Below are positions 1-14,700 of a stretch of 64,000 bases of DNA, piece by piece. How positions within the stretch are numbered: position 1 is the first letter of the stretch; the number at the start of each line of letters is the position of its first letter. Location: positions 14,260,001-14,324,000 of the forward strand of contig CM074513.1 in NCBI GenBank assembly GCA_037379345.1, in the 5' to 3' direction. The notes below the pieces were generated by a model. The model saw only the letters and a program-made list of their open reading frames with translations, had not been told where the DNA came from and did no database searches. The DNA is from Perna viridis. Its lineage: Eukaryota. A program made the position numbers and the translations under genes.

Positions 1-502
1 TAGCCTTTGTATAATTAATCGGTTTCAAAAATATGATAGCTTTTCTTGTATGGTATGAGTCAAACTTGTTGGGATGTTTGAAGTACTGGTCTTTGTACAG
101 ACAGTGCAGAGGGAAAAAAGTTAACCAATAAAAAACAAAACAAAACAAAACAAAATACAAAAAATACAAAACAAAAATTCATAAAATGAAAAAATTCAAA
201 AACAAAAAGACAAAAATGCAAATTCAAACAAGAAAACAAAATGATCCTTCGTGGTAGAAAAGGATAGTTTAGAATATTTAAATGCGTACATGTATATGTA
301 GTGTAGCAATATTTATTCAGTTCAGAGGCTGACAATTTAGAACAGCACATGCAAAACGGTTTGCATCATGTTAAATATACGTTGAATCGACTTTCCGCAA
401 TATCAAAGCCTTCAAAGCATGCTTTTTTGGGTGCCAGAGAGTATACATGTACATGTTTAAGAAGTACGTACATGGAGTGTTATATTCATCTTTGACCAGA
501 TA

Positions 503-676
503 CAGTAAAATCTGTCAATCGAACCCTGAAAAATCCGAAAACCTGCCTTAACCAGACCCTTTTAAAAGTTCCTTTCTGTCAGTTTAAATGTATTTATAAT
601 CTTGGCAAACTAAACAGCTGTCTAAATCGAACTAAATTTAAAGTCCAAAAGGGTCCGTTTTAGGCAGATTTTACTG
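503..676. mobile_element. Short non-autonomous DNA transposon (Tc1/mariner- or pogo-type MITE)
   Basis: TA|CAGTAAAATCTG ... CAGATTTTACTG|TA terminal inverted repeats with TA duplication. A related copy at 749-1153 hosts the next element. Confidence 0.7.
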
Positions 677-830
677 TATCTTCTTTTTACTGAATACATA
701 CTGAATACATACTGTGGTAATTGTTTTGTAGTTGTTCATGAATGGATACAGTGAACTTGTCTTAACCGAACCCATTTTTTAGTTTTGAAATTAGTTTGGT
801 TTAGATAGGTGTTTGATTTACTAGGTTTAA

Positions 831-1046
831 GGAGGTAGACCTAGGGTAAGGGACACAACTCTTACAAATTATTGGAACGTTTGTATTTAGTATTTGACAT
901 CAATCTCGTGTAAGCATCAAAATTACAGATGATTTCATTCTGTCTCAAATGAAAGCTAGGTAGGCTTTGGTGAAATTGAATATATCAATACATTCAAGAA
1001 TATCACTGATTTAAAGAATTATGTCCCTTACCCTAGGTCTACCTCC
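831..1046. mobile_element. TTAA-target MITE (Kolobok-like), nested in the MITE at 749-1153
   Basis: TTAA|GGAGGTAGACCTAGGGTAAGGGACA ... TGTCCCTTACCCTAGGTCTACCTCC|TTAA. Other copies at ~20665-20865, ~29585-29765 (inverted) and 32935-33140. Confidence 0.85.
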
Positions 1047-1749
1047 TTAATATATTTTTAAATTGATACGCATGATTGGATTTGACTAATAAGAAAGTGT
1101 CTGGTTAAGACGGGTTTTGGATTATTCTTGTTCAGTTTGGACAGATTTTACTGTGATTGCAAAATATGGAAGGTCTATTTATCACTGCTTTAGAATAATT
1201 ATCTTCCAAATAACATGTAATCGAAGTAGAAACAAGGCATTGATGATGTTATGCAAGAAACATGTACAACCACTGTAAAGGTTTGGCGGGTCAAAAGTAC
1301 TTACATTATCACTTTGGAATATAGTTTGCCGGAAAGACGTGCGACATGCAACACGATTAGGAGTACGGGATAAGCAGTTGCAGAGATGAATGACTGAACT
1401 TATGACAATATTATAATTACATATCTTTGAAAATGAGATATCCCTGTTTCCTATGTCTTTACCGATGAAATAAGTCTAAATAAAAAAATGCCAGTTATGC
1501 ATTGGCAGTATCAGTCATATGCATGGTACTATATGTATTATCAAAATTCACAATACTATGTAAACATTGCGTAAACTGTGGTCATGAATGAGCAAATGAT
1601 ATCCTGGGACACCTTTTATAAATATCTAAACCGAAACCCCCTTTTTATTATAGTTAACAGGTCCGTATTTTACAGTAGTTTGCCAAGTAAATACGCATGA
1701 AAAGTTTGATATAAAATATCTATCTGTATACAAATCGTTTTGCTTTTAG

Positions 1750-2061
1750 GGTCCCACCAAAATTGTGAGCGAAAGTTCGACGGTCATGGTGGTGAGATAG
1801 CGCATTCCAGAGAAAATGGGAGAGACGTCGTTCATTTTGACGACGAAGAGGACTATAAGTCGATTGAATCGATAACAAAGGAAAAGGAGGGCATCTACCT
1901 CTTACGTGTAGCTGTCCATGAAATCGGACATGTTTTAGGACTTGCCCACTCGAGCCAGGTGAAGAGTATCATGTATGCAATATACCATCAAAGTAGCATC
2001 AATCCTGATAAAGAATTTGAACTAAGTTGGGGTGACAGAAAAGCGGTGCAAAAAGTATATG
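1750..2061 (+). CDS. MMP21: MMP21-like matrix metalloproteinase, catalytic-domain exon
   Basis: ttttag acceptor and gtaagt donor, phase 1/1. HEIGHVLGLAH zinc motif, SIMY Met-turn, and FELSWGDRKAVQKVYG resembling vertebrate MMP21. Upstream exons lie outside the window or were not recognised. Confidence 0.93.
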
Positions 2062-3260
2062 GTAAGTTTCAAGTTTACAATTTGGAACAAAAAGAATTTA
2101 GGGATCTGGTATTCAATATAGTGAATATAACATTTTGTACACCCGTGGAGTCATTTTGTGGCGCTTTTTCTGTTTTCTTAGTATAGTCCTTGTTCCTGGA
2201 TTGTGGATACCCTGTTCCGTGTTCCAGTTATGGTCTTCTTTTTCTCTCAGTCAACTACATTTGTTACAGCATTTATATAAGTATATTTATGCGATCGCTG
2301 TTTTAATGTTTGATCAAATTGTAACATTTGAAAATCACTAGAGTGACCCCCTTTCAGTAAGTCAGTGCCCTCCCCCCAAATTTTTCGTAATATCTGTGTC
2401 CGCTACTGAAAACAAACTCAAAACCTGAAAAAGCCTCTAAAATTAACGAGAAATCAGATAAGATGAGAAATATGATTTCTTTATGCATAAATCATAAACT
2501 GATTATAATCTTTAAACTAGGTATTATTTTCCTTTCAAATTATTGGTCTTCTTGAGTGTAATTGATGACCAACATGAGTCTTTCTGGGTGTCCATTTTTT
2601 GAATTTCAAATGAATGAAGCGTAAATAAGCCTCATTCATCTTTTTCTGTGAATGAATATAGTCATAATTTAAACCATAAAACGAAAATAAATTGAAGTAA
2701 TTTTATAGGAAATCAGAAGACAAAAATATCGTAAACAATCTCTTTGCCATTTAAATCTCAGTACCGAGAAGTATAGTTAAAGAAGCCATTCAGATGTTAA
2801 GAATGAACTATTAAAGAGGCACTTCCCATACATAATTGAATAATGTAAGGGATCATAATGATATCGCCACTACCCTTACGCATGTAAGTACCGGATGTTT
2901 AAGAAAAAGTCTTAATTTCATTAAATGGGATGATTTCGCTGTCATAGTAGACACTCGAATGTTGAGGCATGGTTTGGAATCAGATTACAAGTCATACTCG
3001 CAGATGATAGTACATGCAGGCGATAATTTGGACAAGCGAAGGGGGGAACGTAGATTCAACCACCGATATTTCCCATTATGATTTTTTTAAAATTATTAAC
3101 TTGCTTTTAAAAATTCATCATGTATAATGTACAATCATGCATAATGCATAAGTAACGTTGTAAATGAACATCATATATGTACCAATTTTATGGAGGTGTA
3201 ATACTTACTTTTACCTTTCCTAGAGCAAGTAATAACCGAAGAAAATTTATTTATTTATAG

Positions 3261-3515
3261 GTGTGTGCAAAGGACGATTCAATACCGTATTCGATTGGGT
3301 ACGAAAAACACCAAATAATGGACTTATTTACAATACCTACTTTTTCCGACACAACCAATATTGGATGTACGAAAATCACGCTAATCGTACAAGGTACGGT
3401 GACCCGCTATACATTGCCCTTGAGTGGAAAGGTGTTCCTGATAACGTCGATGGATACATTCATATCTGGTACTTCGCTGGAACTAAAATAGTTGACGAAA
3501 CGTATTTCCTTAAAG
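3261..3515 (+). CDS. MMP21: MMP21-like, hemopexin exon 1
   Basis: tttatag acceptor and gt donor, in phase with the previous exon. GVCKGRFNTVFDWVRK...TYFFRHNQYWMYENHANRTRYGDP is MMP21-like. Confidence 0.93.
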
Positions 3516-3607
3516 GTACTATATTTGTAATTTTGTACGAGTTTTATTTAGAATTATAGGTTTCAACTAGAGTCGCAACCGTTTAATTTATGTGGGTTTC
3601 AACGATC

Positions 3608-4910
3608 TTTTTAGCTCACCTGACCAAAGACCATGTGAGCTATTGCCATCACTTGGCGTCCGTCGTCGTCCGTCGTCGTCGTTAACAATTATACAAAACT
3701 CTTCTCCTCTGAAACTACTTGACTGATTAGAACCAAACTTTTATAAATGTTCCTTTGGGTATCCTGCATAGAACTGATGTTGGTATTTTTGATTCGTTGG
3801 AAATCATGACCGCTGTTACTAAAAATAGAACATAGGAGTCAGACAGTAGTTTTTCACATATATCTCCAAAACCGTTAGGTTTAACTAAATTCTGATAGGT
3901 TAAAAGTGTTCAGCTTGATAAGATCTATCTCTGGTCAAATTTTGGTTTTAATCCGTTAAGCCATGTTTGAGTTATTGTCCTTCTTTTTGCAATTTTTAAT
4001 GTTATTTTTTTTCAAAAATCTTCTTCTCTGACACTACTTGACTAATTGAAACCAAACTTGGTATGATTGTTTCTTAGGGTATCCTGTATAGAACTGATGT
4101 GGGGATTTTTGATCCGTGAAAAAAACATGGCAGCCGTTACTAAAAATAGAACATACAGTGTATGGGACAGACAGTAGTTTTTCGTATATAACTCCAAAAC
4201 CGTTAGGTTTAGCCAAATTCTTTCAAATAGCTGAAATGATCCTTATTATTTGACTACAAAAGTCTTCAAGGATAAAAGTCAGATGAGTTCTCACTAACCA
4301 CTTCTAAAGTTTCCATAACTTTACATGCTAAACAAGTAATTTTCAATGTTTCACCTGAAAGTTGCATACCATTGCGAAGCTTGGAAAATAAGGCTTTCAA
4401 AATCATTATTCTAATGGTAAGATGATCGTAGAAATTCTTCACAAAATTTACTTGAATAAAAATACTGAAAATCAACATTTTTACCTTTTCTGCTTACTGA
4501 CAGCATGGAGGCAAATTACTCACACATGTAAACAATATTCATACACTTTTGTAGTAAATTACAAATATGATTTTTAAGTACACATTGATCACAATACACA
4601 CAAATAATGCACTTACAATGCATATTTCTAGGTTCTGTGTGTCTTTGGTACCACATGGGGGGGGGGGTGGGGTGGCCATTTGACCCGGAAGTGGTTAGTG
4701 AGACCTGACTCCTTGTAAGGGAAAAATGACTTTTTTTTTCTTTTTTTTTGAAAGTTTTCAGTCAATATCTTGAAAACAGTGACAGATTAAACGAAACTTT
4801 CAATTGTTGAAATGATCCTGATGATAAACCCAACTTCTTGTTGAATTTATTGCCTTTGAAAGACAAAATTCAACCAGATTGGCGATTCAGGCTCCTGGGA
4901 GCCTCTTGTT
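3608..4910 (+). mobile_element. Non-autonomous Helitron/Helentron (HINE/DINE-1-like) in an MMP intron
   Basis: 5' TTTTTAGCTCACCTG subterminal motif and (CGTC/GTC)n microsatellite. Internal direct repeat of ~320-bp period (3700 vs 4021). 3' hairpin AGGCTCC-TG-GGAGCCT followed by CTTGTTTT. Confidence 0.8.
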
Positions 4911-6583
4911 TTTTAGTTTGCCTTTTGATACACTCCAAATTGCAGTCCTTGTTTTTGTTCATCAAGAGGTCAGGTCCCCGAAAATAAAGATTTTAGGGAC
5001 TATTGAATTCATAATTCTATCATTTCGTCCGTATGTATGTCTAAAGATCTTCTAAACAAAACTCCTCCTTTATAAACCTCTCAATTGATTCTGATGAAAT
5101 GTTATAGAACAGCATGTTGATGTGTTTTATGTGCGTGATTGAAAAGAGCCTTCGAGGGGAGATCATCGAACGTCGGGGTTTTGGTAGCTCAAGTCATATC
5201 GTTATTACAGACATTCAAATAATTTACAAGCGGTCCCTTGAAGCAGTTGCTGAATGCGCATTATTTTTTACGAGTACAAACTAGATAATGCTTCGTTTCG
5301 GAAATTGTTTGAATTAGCTTTATTCACTATTCGGTTCAGAATGGTATCGAAACAGGACCAGGAATTAAATTTAACTTGAAAAAAACATTCTGACCTTGTT
5401 TGTAAGATCACGGAAACAGTCAGGTTTTCTGTGTAATGATCAGAAGTTATTTGCATATTTGATTTATTGTTTAGTTAGTGTGTCAATTTGCAACATGATG
5501 TCCTCTTAACAATCTATTTCCAGTTTGTATTTTGATCACGATTCTTTAAGACCTGAAATCAATCTTAAATTCAGTTTGTCGGATACGACAGCCTGTAAAA
5601 ATGCTTTGTCGAAAAATGTATATTGGTTAACCTTGTTGCAGATTTATTTCTATTAAAATTTCACAACTGCAAAAAAAATACGGTCGTATAGTGTAGGTAG
5701 GGATGGCACTATCGCGTCGTCCGTACGCAATTGCTTTTCATGGGGTGACTTTACTTTTAATCTTTATTAAATTTTCCAAGAAGCTTTCCAAACCACAAAA
5801 AAATATGTAGAAAGGTTGGTAGTGAATTTTGGGGTAATGAAAAAAGGGATAAAAAGTGGCAAAATAGTTTTTTTGTATAGAATTTAACTATATAGCCATA
5901 ACTTGGGCACGTTTTAGTACCAGCTCAAACTTCGTTTTATGTTATAATTTCTTTATAGTTTTATTACTATGTCCTATCCTGTGTCGAATGTCTAATCGCA
6001 ATTAAAATTCATTGTTGTATAGTAAGTTTGAATGTTCATTCTTGCCCCAGTTGTTCGACCACTGCGGTCGTATCAAGCTGTGTTTTGCCAAGAACTTTAT
6101 AATTACAATTGAATTGTATTTAAAATTATGATTTTTATTCTAATCATATTGATGACTTGACATCCACTTGTTGCGCCATATTGATGTCAAATGCTGCCAT
6201 GGGACAGTTCTATTCAACCTACCAAAGGGGGCAACAGCATTTCGTTTCTATGGGCATCAATCGTCATAGTTTACTATGCTTGTATTTATCTTAAATTTTC
6301 CCTGGAAGTTTCTGTTATAATCACATAATTTTCAATCTCTGTTTTTTTACCTATTCAGACATGTTCGTCTGGTTATTTTTTTTTCATGAATTCTTGAAAG
6401 ACAGCGTTCTAGTAAACTGCTGTAAACCCAGAACCCCTTAAAACAAATGGTTTTACCCTAAGGATCCTTCAGTTTTTTTTCTACCACCTGTCCATATAAA
6501 TCTATATTAAATTTTCGAACTAGTAATCGGTCAGATATTTACGTGCATTTGTTAATGATGGTTAATATTTCTAAAAATTTCAG

Positions 6584-6759
6584 GTGAAAACTACTTTCAG
6601 TACAACAGTGAGGAGGATAAAGTTTATGATGGCGGCACCGGAAAGATAAGCGAAAAATTCGGACCAAAAAAGGGACAGGATATAAGTGTTCCGGACAATG
6701 TTGATACTGCATATTTTGATAAGAGAGATAGAAACATTTACTTCTTTAAAGGAGATACT
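6584..6759 (+). CDS. MMP21: MMP21-like, hemopexin exon 2 (absent from the ORF track)
   Basis: tttcag acceptor and gtaagt donor. Translates in phase as GENYFQYNSEEDKVY...VPDNVDTAYFDKRDRNIYFFKGDT, a hemopexin blade. Confidence 0.92.
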
Positions 6760-8435
6760 GTAAGTTATGTTTATTCATTGTTTTTCATTTAATAGATTAA
6801 GTTAGTGAAGTTGAAATAGGTCCAGAAAAACAATTAACAATTCGTCCGCATTTAGCCAATACTTATAACACACGTCTAGATACAATGTTATCCCACATGC
6901 AAATAGCGATTTTGCACTGAGTGAGAAATGGATTTTATGTTTGTTTTTCATGACTTTTAATAAATACATTGTTTTATTATCACGACTTGGCAAGGTAGAA
7001 ATATTTAATAAGTGTTAAAAGTTTATGTTTAAATCCAGTAAATTGTTGGTAATTTTCCTCAATTCGGGGTTCAATAAAGGGAAATGACCTACTGTAGTTT
7101 GCATCGTGAAACCATCACGACAAATGTTAATGTAAAGACACGGTTACATTACATAATACAAGTATTTTACTGACAGGAATCACTAGAACAAAACTTTTGG
7201 CTTTTTACCCTACCGATGCATGTAGTCCAGATTTTTTAGGTTTTCAATTATTTGGCTTTAAGTTATTCAACCATAACCTCCTACACTACCTGACTATTCG
7301 AATATACTGGTATTTTTCTCATAATTTAGTAGAGCCTAGACAATATTACAAGTTTTAGATTCAAAGCACCATGATAGTAGAGCAATAATAAGTCTCTGAA
7401 TATTATGTTTGAAATACTATTCTACTACACTTAAGTTCTTTTTTATCCACTATATGATAAGAAATAAGCCACATGTATAATTATTAGCTAATATTAAACT
7501 TTCGTGTCAAACTTTATCAATGTAAAATTCGGTATAATAGTATTAATAATGCACATTAGATAAATGAAATAGCAATACACAGACACCTTGCCTCAAATTA
7601 AGTTCGAGAACAGAATGATATCATCTCTGAAAAATGTATTGAAGAGACGTCTTAAGCTCTCAATAAACACAATGAAAGTACTCATATTGGCTTTTACCAG
7701 TCATGCTAAGCAACAGAAAAAGCTCGAGTATACGAGACTTCGAATTTATTTATTTTATCTTACGTCTTAAGTTAATGTTGTGTAATTTTTAAATCCATAG
7801 TGTTTTGAAACGGATTACATTGGTAACATTTGTCAAGTTTCAAAGTATTTGAAGACGCTTGTTCTATAGTCCTCTTTCATGTTGAACGTTTAAGTCTTAC
7901 TTTCTTTTGATAAAATTTTAGAGTAATCCCTTTATTTGTGGAATACGAAAAATTTCTTTGGGTTTGCATTTTAGATGTATGGGAACATGAGATATCTTTT
8001 ATCATGTTATTTTGTTCGAAAAGTGACTTAAAACTGGCAAAACTTCAAACTATCTATCATAGGAGAAGAATAATAGTATTTGTTTTGTTAGTCACTTCTA
8101 TTCTTCGTCGAGTTTTACTTCAATGACCTTCAATGAATTTTGAATGTGATCAAGCTTTCACAGACGTTAAGAGTTGTTATCTCTGAAACTGCTGATAATG
8201 CAAGAAAGTGCAATAATCAACGGGTGTTTCATTGGATTAACCCTATCATTTCTTTATGCCAAAAACGAAAGCCATTAATTTGAACCTCGAGATATATTTC
8301 TGGCAATAAGTATCGTTTTATTAGTTATAGTCGCTAATGATATAAATCAATACTCGGGGAAAGTATCACATTCACCTTGCTTCTTGCCTTTTCATTGACA
8401 CATAACTAATACATGCTATAAAATATCTAAAACAG

Positions 8436-8762
8436 GTTTATGTTTATGATCCAACTGACGAAAATGAGGAAACAAAGGGGTGCTGCTCACGTATTCAAAA
8501 GGTATGGGAAGAGTTCCCGCCCTTGGATGGAGAACTTCCGATTCCGGGAGATCTAGATGCTGTTTATTACTCATATAATGACACGACTGTGTACTTTTTC
8601 AAAGGAGAAGATGTTTGGAAGAATGAACTTTTTCATCCCAGACAAAAACAAACACGGAATGGACTGAAACATTTTGGTAAATGGTATGACCATTGGCATG
8701 ATATTTGTGACGTCAGACCGACGTTCGCGAACTTTGAACTACCATCCAATAGTCATGTTTGA
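8436..8762 (+). CDS. MMP21: MMP21-like, final coding exon
   Basis: aacag acceptor, phase 0. VYVYDP...DLDAVYYSYNDTTVYFFKG...WHDICDV then TGA. Confidence 0.92.
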   Translation, partial: VYVYDPTDENEETKGCCSRIQKVWEEFPPLDGELPIPGDLDAVYYSYNDTTVYFFKGEDVWKNELFHPRQKQTRNGLKHFGKWYDHWHDICDVRPTFANFELPSNSHV

Positions 8763-11700
8763 TGAAGGTCGAAAACTTTCTATGGCATGAAGTTCATTCC
8801 AGCAGTAAGAGATGTTGTTTTCTATCCAATTATGCTAGGTGTCATAACTGGCAGTTAAAACGATGTGTCTTGCTTACAGTTCGAGTCGCATTGTTGTGAT
8901 TATGTAAAACACGAAGTGACGTGTATTGCTTTTTATAGCGACATCAAAGCCATTACGTGATGAATGAACAATGATGGGGGTTCCGTCAATTAGAGGAATT
9001 CTTGTTCCTTCTTGTATAGACTGATTGGACCAATTAGAAGCAGAGAAAACTATTACTGGGCCCCGAGGTGACTGAAACATTCCCTTTTGTTTGTTTGATT
9101 GATTGATCGATTGATGTCTTTATTCTTGTATATGTTGATGGGTATTACAGTAAAATTTTTCTTATTGGAGCCTGACGAATGCTTGGATTTTTATCTATAC
9201 ACTGCTGAATATTTTTGCAGAATCATACGTGTGATTTATCTTTTTTGGAATGGTTTGGATGAGATCGGTTTTACTGTATTATCTACTGCTTTCGTGATTC
9301 ATGTGACTTTAAGTATAAGTCCTCCAAAGAATCATGCAAGATCTTTGATAATGGTAATTTTAATAGATATCAAAATATTTCTGGACTATTTTTTGTATCA
9401 ATTTGTCAAGATATCTCCTTCTTGAGAAAAAAATATGCATTATAGAAAACTTTTACATTAAAACTTCATGAATTTTCTTCCCTGTTTTTCAATTTCTTTT
9501 ACGTTTTTCGAATGACTCTTGTGGTAGTCAATACTTACTGGATTCACAAAACATGAATATTCTTGTTGAAATATAAATATTGAGTACAAAACTACGTTCT
9601 AGCAATGTCATACTTATTTGCCATATGTCAATATTCTGCATCTTTCTTAGGAAGAATTGTACTTTATATTAACTGCAATCAAACTGTGATATATATTTGT
9701 GGAATATTTATATGCATTTATTTGTCATTTTCAAACATTCTTTACTTGTTGTGTACATGTTGTAGACAAACATTAGCATATCATAAGATATTAAGTAGCA
9801 CTCCACATAAGAATCATGCAAAATGCGATACATGGTTGGAAAGCCTACATATTTTTATTTTTGATATTTTATTTAAAATATCATAGTAAACGGAAAGTAA
9901 CATGTGGTTTTTCATATAACCCATGTTCATAGGAGATGAAAACTATATAAAATGCACTATAGATTTCAAAATTAAGGGAGATAACTATGTAAATGACACT
10001 CAAATGCAGTAGAATCTATTGGAATTTCGATGTTGATTATCTCATATGAGCAGACAGATATGAATGAATAATTACACATTTCACAATATAGACCCGTAAA
10101 ACAACTTCATTACAAAAATAAAAATACGTAGCCTTTTTAGGGGGTATATCACATTTTTCAGATTTTGCATGATTCTTGTAAAGACAGATACTTAATAGTA
10201 TTTTTGAATGGCTTTACTGTGTTTTGTCATTCAAAAACGTTTTGTAAATAGGCACGCTTTAGTTAGCATTTGTAACCAAAATGAGTATCAACGTTTGTTT
10301 AGTTGATAAACGTTTGATCAGCATATCAAGCAAGACCGGAGCTTGTCTGAAAATTAATACTGAAAGCAAACACGATGTCTTAAGGGTCAAGTTTTGCATA
10401 GTACGTGGAAAACTAGTATAATTCTCTATTTTTGTTCCGTACATTGTCGGTGTTAATTTTGCACCTTTTATTTCTTGCGTTTTAAGCAAAAATAGAGGAA
10501 ATCGGGCCTGTTAATCTCGCAAGATAATTAGGTGAACATAAGTTGTTCATCTTGATGACGGTTAACTACAACAGGGTACTGTTCTAAAAATGTATTTCTT
10601 TGAACTCCGCGGTCGTTAATGTCAGCAAGTTAAACAGATTCTTGTACAGATAGAAAGAGCAACCGTGAGACTGCATGTATCAATTTGTCGCTTATATCCA
10701 TAAGCAAGTTGTCGCTTACATCAATATGATAGTACACACAACAAAGGCGCGGAACTCGTCTGCGTGACTTGAATGTTTTAACCTCGTAGTTAAGCGGAAC
10801 AAATAATTCTTCGTTAACGTAGACGTATCTTAAAATCAAGTAGCAATATTATACTTGTACAAATATCACTTGGTTGAAATTTTTTTTAGAAAATGGCAGT
10901 TTTTTGTTAATAAATTTTGTACCGGATAAATTGACTAAAGGTAAAAAAAGGACCATAGTATTAGAATCACGAGACAGGTTATCAACAACAATCCAAACAC
11001 ATACTGAGTTATGTGTCATTGAGGATTTCAGCACGTGGTCTTGTATTTTTCTGAAGTCTACAAGGAAGAAAATGTTATTGTGACGATGTAGAACTTGTAA
11101 AATACCGTAAGCATGCTATGTAGATATATTTCTTTAGTTCCCTTCCGGTGTAAATAGTCCTTTTACAAAAGTTGTGCAATATTTCATAAGTTTGCTTCAT
11201 TTTGTAATTATGGTTTCATTCATTTGTTGAATTCGTTACGTTTTGAGATTAATATATTTTTCGTATTTTGTATAATAATTGTGTTTTATTTATATCAGTT
11301 GTTACCAGATCAAAAGTATTTATTTGAAAAGCCAGTCTCGGGAATGGTCATAATTTACTTGCGTGTTTGGTTTTGGTACTGTGAGAGATTGTTTTGTCCC
11401 TGGTTTACTTTGGCGGTGAGGTGGAAGTCGATGCAGCGTTTGCCGTCAATATATTTTCAGTAAAGGTTACTTCCGGTAACATATCCTATCATTTTTTATC
11501 TTTAATTACAAAATTTTAAAGATTTTCAAAATATTTTGGGGTGTTTTCCATTAGTTTTGTCATTTATGCCTAATTTTAGCTTCACATATGCGCAATATTA
11601 TCATTTGCTTTACTTAGGATAATGTTGTAAATAAACTTTATAAAGGTATAAAATAATCCCCTGGTCCTACATTTTGCACTAAGTGATTTTTAATCTTTTC

Positions 11701-14700
11701 TTTCCGATCGTCGTTATTTTACTGCTCCTAGCAACTGTACATTTTAAGTAGGAATCTAGAAGGAAAGTTTAGTTCTTAATTTTGGTCATAATGCTGGTGC
11801 CATAGCAAAGACGTAGCCAACAGTTTCTCATACTGAAATTCCTAAAAGGCGGAGCGCTGACTGAACTAAGAGGGTGGCATTTCCAGTTATTTTCTATATT
11901 TCTTGAAGAAAGGGGTCGGCTTCCCTCCTCCTATTTGGATCTGCTTGTGGTCATCCTATACGCTTTGTTTATATTCTGCAATACTAAATTATGGCCATTC
12001 CCATTTAGTGAGAATCCTCATTCTTCGACATTATTAGTATATTGCTAGAAAATTATCGTTTTATTCGAATGAATATGACTATAGCTGTTATGTGCTAATA
12101 CCACCGAGCTAGACATATGATGTTTGTTTGTAGTCGCCTATACATGTACGAAAAGTTCTGACCATGAATAAATTCACCATATCTAACTCATCATAAACTG
12201 ATGATAAATTTAATGGGGTTTCTACATATAGAGACACAGCAGATAGGTTTCTCTCTCCTCGTCGAATCTTTAAGTTTGCTGAGTGGTTTGAGTATCTTCA
12301 CTCTGTTATAATCATGAAATACTGCCAAAATGGAGGTCGATCAAACTTTTTATATCCTTTTATATATTTTTCTGGTTTATATGTGGAACTATCTTTCATC
12401 TTCCCTCTTTTTTTCGTACATACTTAAAAAAAAAACTAAATATATTGCCCTAACAAGTTTGGCCTAAGGTTGAAAAATTTGTTACTTGGAAATATTGACA
12501 AGATCGATAACAGGGTTAATTTCCGTAAGATATTACAGCTAGCTTTACTTTAAATTTGCACATTTTAGAAGCAACTTATTTTATTTCACTGAACTTAAGA
12601 TCCTGTTGTGAAATTATATAATTTCAACACCAGATACGATTGAGGTCACAGATTTATGTCAAAGGATGAAGGGTGTGACTATTTGGTCTTCAGCTAACAT
12701 CCGGTTTCATGCGAGATAAGTTATTTTGATCTATATTGTTGGCTCCGTACGAGTCAGGTTATGTTGCTGCAGCATAACTACCTTGATCTGCTTTAAGTTG
12801 AACCATACATATAGTGCTGTGCAAACTCATCGTGCATGTTAGTTGGGATCGGATCAGATCCGTGTTTAAAAAATCATGAAAAGTTCGGTTTTATAAATTT
12901 CTCTCTGTAAAAATTGTCTTTAACTATTGTACTAAATCTCCGGAATAAGAAACCAAATTTGATCATTACAGCAGCAGTAGGTTTCATATCCTGATAAATT
13001 ATCCTCTCTGGTCACTGCTATATGGTATATTTATCATCAATTAATATTTAAGTACACTAGAGCTCGGTGCATTTCGTCATTTCTACTTCGCGCAGGGGGA
13101 TCAGGTAAAGATAGCAATGTCCGAATTGGCAAATATTTTACACCATATCGGAAAAATTAAAGTAGCGTGTTGATTTAAAAAAGCAAGAAATATGAATTAA
13201 TTTGATTTGCACCAGTGTGTGATGAGTGATTTGGAAAATGATATTAACAACGTTTTCCAGATATACCACAATATCGAAATGACTATAATTACCTCTCCTT
13301 AAAATATTATAACTGAAAATCAGTAAATTTTGATTTAACAATTTTACCGCTGTGAGCAAGTGGGAAAAGACAAGTTATACCTGAGCTTTAGTGTAAACAA
13401 AATGGCATACATACAAGTAGAGCGTGTATCGTTTGATACAGCTTTGTTATCTTGTTACAAAACAAATAAAAATGTAATAAAGTTAGTGTTTTATACTTAT
13501 TTCTTGACATGGCTGTATTTTGAATTTATATGAAGCAGATCTTGCGTTTAAGCGCTACAGATACCTTATCGAAGATATGCCACTTATCTTCTCTAGGGTG
13601 TTGTTGCCCTATGACCTAGTAGATTTTGGACGAATTAACTGTGGGCCGAGTTGTCCAATATTTTAAACTTCCGTACGTATTTGCATAGCTGATCACTTCC
13701 TGTCAGACGTAAATCGATTCTAATAAGGTCATTGGTTATTTTCGTATAGAGAATCGTTATGAGGACCAAATGAACGGTAATATTCATTCATTTGTGTGTA
13801 AAAATGTACAAGGTGTCCTATTAATGTTTAACATGCGAGGTTTTTTTATCAAATGCATGTACTTGCATTTCACGTTGTTGAATCACGTACGTGACTTGAA
13901 CATAACACGGAAATATTATGGATAAAGTACTAGGAGGGACTATTTGAGTACAAAACCAAGAATTAATTGACAAAAGTGATTGCTACTTCTCTTCTTACAC
14001 ACACATGTTATTACGTACATTGTCGTTGCATAATATTGTATATGTTTTATCTAGCAATTCAAATCTTTGAACATTGATAACTACTCGGGTTTGAAGTTTC
14101 GATAAAACACCAATGCTTTGAATCGAGATATGAACGCAGAGATCTTAAATCATGCACATAACAAATGTATACACAAACAATTGTAATATACTTCCGACTA
14201 GATCAAACCAACAAATCCGGTACATATAACGAAAGTTCCACAGTGGCAGGAAGTTTATGATTAAAATAAACGAGACAAGTGAACACCAAATTACAGGAAA
14301 AAAAACAAGAAACGATTTAAAATGTAACACAAAGAAGAAGCAAAATAAATCCGTTAAAAGCAGGGGTACACTAAAGTTTTGTGTCGATTAAGCTGGATTA
14401 TAGTTCCTGTTCCCTGCGAGACCGCTGACACACCATGATACGCGTTAAATGAAGACGGTTTAAGTTGCAGCGCACGCGTGATTCTGGGTATATTATTACT
14501 GCAACACAGGCTTTTGCTCTAACCACATGTTAAGGTTTTAAGTTTCAAGGAACTTGCCTCGGTTGTAGGTATTTTTTATTTATGGAATTTAATGGAATCG
14601 AGTTCAAACATCGAAATCTCAATTTTTTAAAGAAACGACAAGCAAATTTGTCCTTCGTTAAATTCAAGATATATGCAATTCTACAACTTCAAATCTCACG

